A DNA stretch of 64,000 nt. Origin: Bispira polyomma (lineage: Eukaryota). The stretch spans positions 52,576,001 through 52,640,000 of the forward strand of contig OZ287752.1 of assembly GCA_965649765.1 (NCBI GenBank). Direction: 5' to 3'. Position numbers and translations under genes: made by a program. The notes below the pieces were generated by a model. It had not been told where the DNA came from. It saw nothing but the letters and a program-made list of their open reading frames with translations, and made no database searches. This document shows, in pieces, positions 11,240 to 22,403 of the stretch (position 1 is its first letter; every line of letters starts with the position of its first letter).

Positions 11240-11855
11240 AACTTGTAGGGTCTCAAAAGTGGAACATATATCCCCTATAAACACTTATCAAAGCATAAAA
11301 TCACCAAGGTTTTCAAAGACAACTCTATAACTAGGCACCTTACCCTGGCTTCCACTGTGAGATAATTCTATCAACTTCGTCGTTTCATCCACAAAACATT
11401 AACACCAGATAAATTAATCAAAGTGAAATTAAAACTATTTCTTTCATAAAGCACCTGTTTTGTGGAATGCTTATGTTTTAGATATCAGAACTAAGATAAA
11501 GCTTGGGAATATTAGTTTATTCTAGTTTTAGTTCTACATTATATACAAACTATAAAGGCTAAGGGCACCCTAAAAGATCTTAATTTAAGCACCACCTTAC
11601 CGAGTTTAAGCCTAAGGTAAGTTAAGTACACCAGAATGAGGTGATGTTAATTTAAGGATCATCTCTACTCGAGTTTAAGGTAAGGTTACCACTAAGTTTA
11701 AGGTTATCTAAACTTGCTTTTCCAAGTATGGGGTAACCTTTACCTGAATTAGAGTTTTTGAATTAAGTTTTATAAGCTAAGGTGATCTTAGCCTAAATGA
11801 CATTAGATTTCTGTTTAATTCTCCAAGAACTATGATCAAATGATCAGTAGCACTT
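11240..11855 (-). mobile_element. Isolated 3' non-coding fragment of the YR retrotransposon family in the last intron of gene B
   Basis: Reverse complement contains TAGAATAAACTAATA.TCCC (also at ~9490-9508) and the same TAAGGTNACCTTA-like palindromes as 9240-9555; boundaries approximate. Confidence 0.55.
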
Positions 11856-11949
11856 TGAGTTAAAAAAGTATATTCTTAAATACTTTAGACGCTGCCATAT
11901 GTTTCTTGGTTTGTTTTAGTGTCATGTAACACTACAGTATATGAAAGTA

Positions 11950-12085
11950 AAACTACCCGAGGGGTGTATATTAAAAAACATCACGAAAGAAGATAATTAG
12001 TACAATACGAGCCTGGTAGGGCGAGTATTGTGCGTTTTATCTTTTGGAGTCATATTTTTTTAATATACAATACAAGGGTTGTTTT
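11950..12085. repeat. Imperfect ~135-bp palindrome, probably part of a non-autonomous DNA element
   Basis: Arms AAAACTACCC..TGTATATTAAAAAA..AAGATAA and TTATCTT..TTTTTTAATATACA..GGGTTGTTTT around a central CGAGCC-x-GGCGAG. Confidence 0.6.
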
Positions 12086-12737
12086 ACATTTATTATTTAC
12101 TGATAATTTATCATTAATATTATTATATAGGTCAAAATATAGCACAAAACAGTCAAAAATAGCCCCAAAATATTTGAAATTTACGGCAAATTACATAACA
12201 ATACAAACGAAAGTACTGAGTTGTGACCTAAAAGAATTAGCTCCATATACAACTCTCTACCACTCTAAAAATTAGGTTTTGTACACAATAACATTGCATA
12301 TTGCTTATGTTTTATATATTTTGAAAGTTTTAAATAATAAAACAACCGAAAACTTAATACAGCTTTCTTTACTTTTCAAACCTTCCATTATGACGTCACA
12401 CTGCACATCTAAATGCTAAGAAGTACTGAGTCGGTACCTAATAGAAAATTACCTTCAAACACGTATCTATAAAGTACAAAAAATCTAGTTTACTATACCA
12501 GTATGTTGTTTAATGTCAAAATTTTATGTTAACTACACTTTTTATAAATTTTTTACCTCATATTTTGCTTAAAACTGAGACTAAAACCTTGGAAAATCTA
12601 CAGTTTTTTATTCTTATTCAGTGGCGCCGGGTGATACGGCTAATTGTATCATCCGTATCAGCCACGAAAACGTCATACTTACGTCACAGTGGATAATAAA
12701 TTTATATGCTACCCCCTGGTGCCAAATAAATACTTAC

Positions 12738-12834
12738 AAAAATTCTGGACATTCCTTAGGCATTTCCATCCTGTAGCCATGTTTGACTGTGTCTTTGAGG
12801 TGTTCATCAATGACGTTAGGGTACGGCTGTTCTC
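12738..12834 (-). CDS. Gene B exon (subdomain X)
   Basis: 97-nt AG..GT exon: GEQPYPNVIDEHLKDTVKHGYRMEMPKECPEF; same length as gene C exon 45397-45493. Confidence 0.9.
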
Positions 12835-13595
12835 CTTTGACAGTACATAAAAGCAAACGTTATTATTAACTAGTACTTGTGTATTGAGTATTTTAACACT
12901 TATGTAACAAGTAAGCATAGTACCAAACGTTTGGACTAAATCTGGAGGAAACAGAAGGAGTTATATGAGCCATGTATATAGCAATATTACACAAATAATG
13001 GAATATTAATTTCTATGTAATGTCCAAGTTCATGTGTGCATGTGATCTGCTTTATTGAGGTAGTCTTTGTTAGTTGGTCAGTACGCTATAAGTAACAAAT
13101 AGGCTTTGTGCTGTGCATAGAATATAGACATTCCATAAATTAATTGAGAATTGGGCTTATTGGAGTTTTAATCGACGTTCCACAAAAGACATGGACTTCT
13201 AAGACATGGACTTCTAAATTAAGGTAATACCTTCTTTCGCTTGATTCCAAATATGATCAGAATTAAAAAAAAAGAGTTAACTTTATCTAAGGTTTGACCT
13301 GTGTTTGGACATAATTAGTCACACACAATTAACAAAGTAAAAGTGTAAATGCAGTAGAACCTCTGTTTTTCGGACATCTTGGGAGAATCAGAATTTGTTT
13401 GGATAACAGAAGGCCCGTAAAATAGCAGTGACATTTTAGTATGAAACATAGAAAAAAATAAGTTTGGGAGAGTGAAATTGAGTCTAAAAATGTAAACATA
13501 TTTATTTAATACATAATATGGAGGTACAATAATTATATTATACCATCCTTTATATTGGTATCTCATGTTTTAGTAAATATTCACATAATACATAC

Positions 13596-13722
13596 CTTTG
13601 GAGAATACTTCGTAGGTTAGTATACCATAAGACCACACATCTGCCTCCTTAGAATATATACGGCTTAGACCAGCAACCTTTCTGAACTGTTCAGGAGCCA
13701 TCCATCTAAGAGGTATTCTATC
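13596..13722 (-). CDS. Gene B exon (subdomains VIII-IX)
   Basis: 127-nt exon: DRIPLRWMAPEQFRKVAGLSRIYSKEADVWSYGILTYEVFSK; PxRWMAPE is the tyrosine-kinase signature. Confidence 0.95.
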
Positions 13723-14112
13723 CTGTTGGCCAACCGAGAAATAAAGTCACGACAATACATCAATCAATTGTGTTTGTGAAAAAGTGCTTTATCTTCACTA
13801 GTGAAGCAATTTCAGAGAAAATTAGAGACATACATAACATCTTTCCAGGCAATTTTTAAAAGCTATGATACTCACCAAATAAGTATAGAACTCTCACCTT
13901 AACCACATTAAATTATACTGTAATCCCAGTGTCTGGTTACCAAATGATGAGAACAGATTTTCCAACGTGACTCTCTAAAAGCATTCGGGTTAAATTTATC
14001 AATAAATATGAGCAAACAAATATGCTTCAAGTTTCTCCTTACATTTTACTGGTTATCAATATTTAAAATAGATAGTTTAAGAGTACTGGTAAAAGTAAAG
14101 CAATAAGTTTAC

Positions 14113-14216
14113 CCCCTTTTTGCTAACTTCATGTTCGTCTTTCTTAGGTCCAAATCCTGTAACTTTGGCCACATACTTGCAAGTATGGTCCTGAGCGAGT
14201 AGAATGTTTCTCGCAC
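14113..14216 (-). CDS. Gene B exon (subdomains VIb-VII), 5' part lost in the assembly gap
   Basis: ARNILLAQDHTCKYVAKVTGFGPKKDEHEVSKKG then GT donor in phase 0; the DFG position reads GFG. Confidence 0.9.
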
Positions 14217-14359
14217 NNNNNNNNNNNNNNNNNNNNNNNNNNNNNNNNNNNNNNNNNNNNNNNNNNNNNNNNNNNNNNNNNNNNNNNNNNNNNNNNNNNN
14301 NNNNNNNNNNNNNNNNNNNNNNNNNNNNNNNNNNNNNNNNNNNNNNNNNNNNNNNNNNN
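14217..14359. other. Assembly gap
   Basis: Run of N; hides the HRD catalytic-loop codons of gene B. Confidence 1.
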
Positions 14360-14590
14360 AATCCTGACATGAATTACCATTAGTCAGAATACTGTCATAA
14401 TAATTAAGATTTTATAATATGTTATATTATTAGTAAGATGGCAGCAGTAATGTCTTATTGGTAGTATATGTCTAGCTTCGACAACTTCTTTACCAGATGT
14501 TAACAGTTGTAGTCAGATCTTATGCATATTCAGCCGGTTACTCAATGACCCACATTACAAGGCAAGTTGATGGATATTAATATTTTTTAC

Positions 14591-14739
14591 CTGCAATGCA
14601 TGTAAATGAGCCATGCCAAAAGCCACTTGTTTACAAAAATCTTGCATTTGATCTTCCACTGTGCCCGTAATTTCCCCAGTACCCTTCAACCAGTCAGATA
14701 GTCTGCCAAGCTCACAATATTCTGTGATTATCATTGGAC
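14591..14739 (-). CDS. Gene B exon (subdomains V-VIa)
   Basis: 149-nt exon: GPMIITEYCELGRLSDWLKGTGEITGTVEDQMQDFCKQVAFGMAHLHALQ. Confidence 0.92.
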
Positions 14740-15665
14740 CTAAAGGTGAGACATTTTATCAGATACATGTTTACCAGCATAGCATCTGGAATTAATGACT
14801 ACTGAATTTGAAACTAATGAGACTGATATAAAGTGAGAACCAAGCTAGAATACCTGTGCAACACTTAAGTGAAGTGGCTTGGAAGTGTGGAACCGGCTTT
14901 TACAACTTTCATACAGTTTGTTATACAATTCCTAGAGGGGAAAGGTGAGATGATTAAGATAACAGGTGAGGTATAAGCCAGTCCAGTTTGGAGAGGTGAC
15001 TATTAAGGGGTGAAAGTATAAATTTGTATAAAGTTTTGAATGTGTATGTGTCTAAGAAATTGAAGTAGTGTTGCCAGGTAGAGGTAAGTTCAGCTGATCC
15101 TGGAAGGTCAAAGACATTTGGAATTAAATATGTGGTTTAGGGGTGTATTATCCATACACGTTAGTATTTTGGGAGACTAATATACATGCTGTGATGCAGT
15201 GTTCTGTTCCCATAGATTGTGCCATTTATAATTCAAAATAAATAGCATAATGGAAGTCAGTAGTTATTCAAATATTTACCAATTATTACATCTTTAAAAG
15301 TGAAATACAAAGTTGTAATCACTCGAGAAAACTAATGTTGCATGACTCTTACAATGCCCCTTCAATATAATATTTAATGTTGCACTTCCTACCTTATTAT
15401 TATCAAATTTTATTAAGAATTATGTTCATGGTTTAAAACCAAGATACACAAGAAATAATATTAATCAGCTAATAATAGGACATATTATTAAAATCATCAT
15501 ATTGATACATTATCGTGCATATAACAGACATTCTGGAAATATTATTACTAATATAAAGAGTGACATAAGAAGAAACAGTGTACCACAGATGACATTAAGA
15601 CTTTTAAATTAAGGATTTCCAATGCTATCTTAGGTTACAACTAAAAATATGAAAAAAACACTTAC

Positions 15666-15779
15666 CCTGCGGTGGAGGAATAGCTCCTAAAACTTTCAAT
15701 ACATTTACGTGTGGTGGGATCTTGTCCAGAAAGTTCATCTTTTCATTCAGCAAAATTATGTCATTTTCTGATGCATGGA
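15666..15779 (-). CDS. Gene B exon (subdomains III-IV)
   Basis: 114-nt exon: VHASENDIILLNEKMNFLDKIPPHVNVLKVLGAIPPPQ; phases match both neighbouring exons. Confidence 0.9.
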
Positions 15780-16168
15780 CTACAAGGTAAGTAAATAATA
15801 CAGTCATTAACAGATATAGTTTACTGTGGCAACGATACAGTATTTTAAACAATTGCGTGTGACTTATCATAACTTATCATTTGGTTTAAAATAATAGATC
15901 CTAAAGTGTATTCTTGTCAGTGCGTCGTGTCACACATGGCCAAAACCTGTGTACAAACAGATGTGTAAGTCCCGAGAGCCAAGTTTAATCTAACATAACT
16001 GGTTAGATATGAAGCTTGGTTTTCTTATTTTATTCATTTATCATAGCTATAAGCATTTTAAATCAAATGATGTCACTGGTATGAACCAAACTATGACAGG
16101 CATTAGCTGAATTAATGCTAAAATAGTAAGCTTAAAATGATTTGATGTTTTTTTACGTTTCAGTTTAC

Positions 16169-16298
16169 CTTTATTAAGCTTTACAGCTACTGTTTCCTGC
16201 TGCCCATGACTTTTATCCAATGTACCGAACTTAACATCTGCAAACCGCCCATTTCCATTGGGTAGAATATTTCCAAAAACAAGACTGTCACTGGATGC
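16169..16298 (-). CDS. Gene B exon (subdomains I-II)
   Basis: 130-nt exon: ASSDSLVFGNILPNGNGRFADVKFGTLDKSHGQQETVAVKLNK. Confidence 0.92.
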
Positions 16299-16539
16299 CT
16301 ATTAATAAAAGAATAAGGATATTCTAATAAATACCTGTAGAGTGAGGATCCACTCTTTTATTCCTTATAACAGCAGCAATGATATGGTGAATGATTGGAT
16401 AGTTTTTGGTGTACATAGTTCCAGAATTAGACAAAAAATGGATCGATAATGCTCGTCTGGAAAACTTCCATTCAAATTGCCCAAACCCATGAGCTCTCAC
16501 AGAAACAAAAACAAACTACATACTACTAAGAAGGAATAA

Positions 16540-16940
16540 AAACAAATATACGTCCCTGGAGGAAGATCTAACAAAATACAAGCGCAAGATCAGACAAAAT
16601 CCACAAAAGAGTGTCAAAGATGGATCACATCCATTGTAATAGTCCCGAAAGGCAGCTAAAATAGCTTGTGAATATGCCAGGATCTAAAAGATTTTAATAA
16701 TGTCATTACAGAACCCAAACTCTGAACAATATTCTTCCAAAGCTGAAGGGAGCTAAATATTTTGGGGGGAGAGCTCAATGGATGCAGTATTTTACAAGGT
16801 AAAAGATGTGATCACAGAATCCTCATTTCTGGCATATTTTGATCTGGAAAAGAAATTTCAAATTTGGGCTGATGTTTCAACGAATTGGTTAGGTGCAGCA
16901 CTGTTACAAGAAGGCAAACCAGTGGTATTCGCCTCCAAGG
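16540..16940 (+). mobile_element. Degraded Gypsy-type RT/RNase H fragment
   Basis: WITSIVIVPK and LAYFDLEKKFQIWADVSTNWLGAALLQEGKPVVFASK, the LTR-element RNase H N-terminal motif. Confidence 0.75.
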
Positions 16941-17445
16941 CTAAAGGCCCTCGTACTCCATTAAGTTTACATAATGTAGTACCACTTGGTCTTTATCTAT
17001 ATATTAATTTGGGCATATGGTCTGTAAGTTGGGTTTGATGGATTTAAAGGCGAATACCACTGGTACCTACACTGGTACATACACATAGATGTGTATGTAT
17101 TTAATAATCAGTACTGGAGTACATTATTTCATAACCTATAGTTTGAATTTTTTTGTTAGTATATTTTAATATATGACGTAATCCGACGTACTATCAGATG
17201 GAGTGTAAAAGGACCATCCAAAATGTTCTGATCATATTGTACATGAATGTTCGGATTGTACTGCACTGGAGCCGGTTAGCAAGAGCCTATAGAATCAGCT
17301 TGTGGTGATATTCTATAATATGTAGATGTTAAGGATAAACTGTAGCATTATTTGTGAGTTCTAGGCTTAAGTAAATTTATATCTATTTATATGAATTTTG
17401 CTTGATGCATTTAGTTACTGTACTTACAAAGTCATTGAGACTCTG

Positions 17446-17842
17446 AGTGGACGTTTCCATGCAGTCAATTTTCTGAGGCGATGAGCCGACGGCCGACGGA
17501 AATGCTATTAGTTTAATTGTTTGAAAACCAAGTGTTTCCATGTGAGCAACGCTGATAGGCGGCAGGGAATGCCAGGCGATTTTTTCACTCCTGGTAGTAA
17601 AAACAATCGCCTAGTATTGCATGTCGCCGTGTAAACATTGCTGATTATTTATTAATAACTCAGAAGTTACTGAAGGTATTTTTTTTTTAAATATGGTGAC
17701 AAAACGTATTTTTTTTTGATTTACTGTGCTTTTTGTTGCATCAAAATCGGTTGAAAAATGGCTAAAAAAATCTTAAATAATTCTTTGAAAACATACAAAT
17801 TAACGATTGCCGTCGCCATTTGCGGACATGGAAACGTTGACT
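17446..17842. mobile_element. MITE, probably Harbinger-type
   Basis: Imperfect TIRs AGTGGACGTTTCCATG / CATGGAAACGTTGACT; CpG-richer interior; no clean TSD. Confidence 0.6.
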
Positions 17843-19542
17843 TAAAGCCACAAAATATATTATATATTTATCAAAAACTCTAATGTTTTCAAAACCACAT
17901 TTTACATATTATATTTTATAATATGCTAGTTTAACGAAAAGGAATACAACAACAATGGGAGGAAAACTTTTTATTGAAAAAAACAAAACAAAAAACACAG
18001 CTTATCTGAGGATACAGCTGTGTGAACTCGACATAAATATTTCAGAAATTTAATGCTTTTGTCAGAATAAATATTACAATTCTATTTGTAATGAATCTAT
18101 CACGACATATAGTTTTTATTATCTAAATTGAAAACAGTACAATGAAGTTTTTAAAGTGAATTTTCTGAAATTTTGTAAATATATTTTTTTTAATCGTTGT
18201 TTTGTATCAAATAGTACACACCATTTGCATATGTACAGTTCATAAACCTTCAACACTGAGATAAGGCCAGAGTACAGGATTCCTCTAACAGGGCAGTAAA
18301 TTGTAACAGTGTTATGAGATTATTTACTACACTCGTGACAATTTAGTTATTCAATAAATCTGCATCTTCCAACAGCAATGTTTTCAAATGTACACAATTA
18401 GTGATTGGTGTTGGCAGATGCTTGTACTTGATACATTACACAGTAACCACATAATATGACCTCAAAAACAATACATCCCTTACATGATTATGGGAGACGT
18501 TTCAACAGCATTTTTTTTTCAAATTTCATTTTTTCAATGTTTTAACATAAACATAATACACATATACCAATCCCAATGTTTATTCTTGCACTGTTTTAAA
18601 TATGTACCATAGTTATATAATAGGAGCCGAGGCATTTCTTTTGTGTGAAAATTTGTGTTGTAAATTTAGTCGGACGTAAAATGGCCAACAGAGTTGTTGT
18701 ACCAATATTTGCGGTTGTAGTTTCTATCTTGTACTACTTGATATGAACCATGTCGGCATGAAATAAGACAAAATCGGCTACTATATTATGTATAAGAGTA
18801 TGTATTTATTTGAACCAGATTTTATCTCTAGATATACCGATTTGGATTTACAATGTTTTGTCAATGGAAGCCAGTCTGTCGCCAGACGGTTATACATGAG
18901 TTAAAAAGGCCGTCATTGGCGTCTACTATTATCCCTACTTAATCTGTGAAGGTTTTAGGATAATTAGAAAGAGACTTTATTTACATCTTTATAAATATAA
19001 AATTTAAAAATATGTCAGTCGTTTACTAAAAAAAACAACAACACCAAGTTGTATTAGTTTATGATATGGTTCACCCCTTCAGCTAGTAAAATTGAATATA
19101 ATAATGATAAGCCCCATACAGGCTATACAAAGACATGAACAGGGTAACCACCCCTGACAATCACAACAATAATAGGACTTGCCGCAAGTTAAGATATAAA
19201 GCCTAGTACAGACCACTTGGTCAAACAAAACTATATGTTAGAATCAACAAACCAAACCCTAATTGGTATAGTAGTGTAAATAAACATGACATGTAAATAC
19301 TAAAGCATCAGAAGGTCAGCAAAGGCTGGCCATAAACGTAAAACAAACTGAGTTGTTACTTATTCAGTTATTATACACAGAGTTTCAAGATACTCATGAC
19401 TCCTACTAGTAACAAATGAGTCACACATGGGGTAATCCCCATAACACTGCCTTGGTGAACAACCCCGATAATTACAATAATAACAAGTATTAATTAAATA
19501 AAATAAGTTAGAGCCTGGTCCAGGCCACATAAGCAAATCCCT

Positions 19543-19620
19543 AAAAACTTCCCATCAGAAAAACTTCCTATCAGGAAATTTTCCCATCAATTAGTTCCCA
19601 TCAGGAATACTTCCCATCAG
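19543..19620. repeat. Short minisatellite, 5 units with TTCCCATCAG core
   Basis: Direct inspection. Confidence 0.8.
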
Positions 19621-20125
19621 CTAAATTGAGGGGTAGAAAAATGTCCCATTATTTTTTTTTTAAATCAAGGTAAAATATCATTAGCATAATATTTTTCTTT
19701 ACAGAAGAATACATAGATTGAACACCTAATGTTGTGTGTTCAGATAAAAAAACCCATGGGAATAGGGCTTTAAATACTGGTTAAAATGTCCAATATATAT
19801 ATATATATATATATATTTTGCTGTGTAAATGTTAGTACACTGTTATACTTTACTGTCCAGTTAAAGAAATCCTCTTATCTACTCTAGTCTTATCCTAGTG
19901 AAATTAAACTCCTGATGAGCAGTTACTGTCTGCTAAATCAGATAGAGCTCATAAAACTTGCCTGCTAAAGATTTTTTAATGTTGAAAATAGATAAAAAAA
20001 TTACTAAATTTAGCTTAGAAACAAGCACACATTCAGTGTTTGTGCATTGTAAATAATGACCTAGTTGGTCAATACATCTTAAACCTTTTCTCTATTTAAT
20101 ACTTAATAGCAAATAAGTCACTTAC

Positions 20126-20185
20126 CGAAGCCATTTTCGTTGAGAAATTCCAACTCGGTTATCAGTTTTTAAAACTCTTATCTGT
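20126..20185 (-). CDS. Candidate first coding exon of gene B (ATG at 20134, encodes MAS)
   Basis: TAAATAG acceptor, CG|GTAAGT donor; AAAATGGCTT as in gene A exon 458-521; ends in phase 0, matching exon 16169-16298; in-frame stop upstream of the ATG. Confidence 0.5.
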
Positions 20186-22403
20186 CTATTTAAACAGATA
20201 ATTTACATATCTCTATTTGTCTTGTTTCAGCTCGTGAAACATTTAAAGCAGGTGAAAAATGAAATACTATATAGAAACAAAATAAATAAACAAAAAAAAA
20301 AAAATACTCCAGTTAATAATGATACAAGAAAACTTTATGAGAGCAGTAATCAGCTGATAGTTTAATATTTTATTAATATATTAAGATATTAAAAAAAGTA
20401 AAACAGATTTCTGCACACGCTTGTTATTTAAATTACATCCATTTTAAATTTAAACTTCATACTGAAATGAAAGTTACAGTGGCTGCCTTGATACACAACA
20501 ATGTAGAATTCCCCCCTCTCCCCCCCCCCCCCCCCACACACACACCTAGTTTTTCCATTGAGTTGTATTATGCTAAGTTCTACTAAGGCTATGCAAAAAT
20601 TACCCATAAAAAATTTCCTCAAAAGCCTTATAAAAAAGACTTCCTGGTGGCTGTATTTGATATACAGACACCCAGTTATTCCTTTCCCATTGTTATTTCT
20701 ATCTTTCTTTTGAAAAATATTCATTAACCCATTTTGTGAAACTGCTAGAATGTAGTATATCATTTATTTTCGAAATTTGCAATAACTGTAATGTAAATAA
20801 GCCATTTGAAAATAGATGGTAGCCGAATCAAAATTGTCTGAGAGTGTCATAAGTATTATGATTTTGTGGGAAATATCTCGTAGCAAATATGAATAGACTT
20901 TTTAGGATCACTTTCTGTTTTCCTTTATAGCGTATCATTTATTATCACCAAAAACACTAAATGTTTGTTGTTTTGCTGTCAGTAAATACATATGATAATG
21001 ATTATTGCAATTGATTTGTAAACACATTTTGAGAAGTGATATTTGAAAATTACCAATGCCATGACAACAAATAAACAGTCAAAATAATGTGGCTTTTGAG
21101 GTTCTGAATTGAACATTAAACCTAGGCTTCCCTTCAGCATGTTTTTCTCGGCCAAAATCGGCCGATTTATAGGTCACTACATAATATTACCAAGTGCTTC
21201 CTTTCATCATATTTGCATCAGATCAGAACAGACCTCGGCAAACGTCGGTAATAGCCCAGTCACACCTGCACGTGCTGGAGCCATGTGTGTGACCTTTTCA
21301 ATTATGCAAAACCTAGTACAAACGTAGTAGAAGGTAATGCAAAAGTGAGGATCCCTGGTGCGTGTGTTCTGTGACGTTGGTTAACAGATGATATCCTTCC
21401 GGAAACGTCTCTGTTTGGTCTGCTGCCATGATTATTTCAAACTGTTCGAAATAATCTTGACAGAGCTCTCTGTTTCTCAAGGATGTCTCCATAAGTCTGT
21501 ATAAGTAGCATAATATAGCAGTAAGTAATGAGATCGTCTATTTTTGTCGTGGAACGTTATACTAGGTAGCAAAATGCACCAGAACGCAGCCGTAAGTAAC
21601 ATACAGTAAATCTACGTTGTAGTAGGTTGTGATATCCTACCAGTAAAATCTTCGTTTTTTTCCTCCTGCTCCGTGTGTAACAGTACCAACATCGTCACAA
21701 AACGTCATCAACATCGTCACCAAACATCATAATCGACTTCACCTTCATGAGAATGACGTCACATTGATACGAACAACCGTGTTTTGAGTTTATATTGCTG
21801 TGCTACGTTAAAGGATGTTATCACGTGTACGTGAGTCTGGGTTATGAGGCAAACATATTTTATCTGTCAGGGAGCGAAAAAATCGGGAGGTCTGTCCGAT
21901 TTTTGAATAAATATTAATAATTTTTTTTTCAAAAGTCATTTTAAATACATTTAAATATCCATGCCTGTCGTATCATAAGCATATATGAGGCTATTATGGC
22001 CTAGCATGTAGCATGTAGTATATATTTGTGATGAGAACCGGTGATGAGAAATAGTTGATGTCATCCACATGGACCATGCTGGTCGTATTTAGATTAAGTG
22101 AAACAATATATGTAAAACAAGGTTTTAATATGGTACTGTTTTTTTAATAAAAACATGGTTATTAGTCGAATTGAAAGTTGGTTGATTCAACAACTAATCT
22201 TGTATATATATATATGGCAGCTTCTCTGGCTAAATGTTAAATGTTAAATGTTTTAGTGTGTAATTGTTGTACATGTATTATATTATATACATATAGAAAA
22301 ACAATGATAATAATTATAAACTAGATGTTATCGCATCCCTTTATCTTATCAATGACTGACTGACCAGGGGACTAGGTGCAGTTCAAGGGCGACCAGATAT
22401 ATG

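Noticed and set aside
16918-17064. 16-bp inverted repeat ACCAGTGGTATTCGCC
   Set aside because: One arm is Gypsy coding sequence; looks like a repair scar, not TIRs
20126-20185. Alternative reading QIRVLKTDNRVGISQRKWL as a juxtamembrane exon
   Set aside because: Ends in phase 2 and would need a non-homologous acceptor; the ATG reading fits better, though this alternative is not excluded
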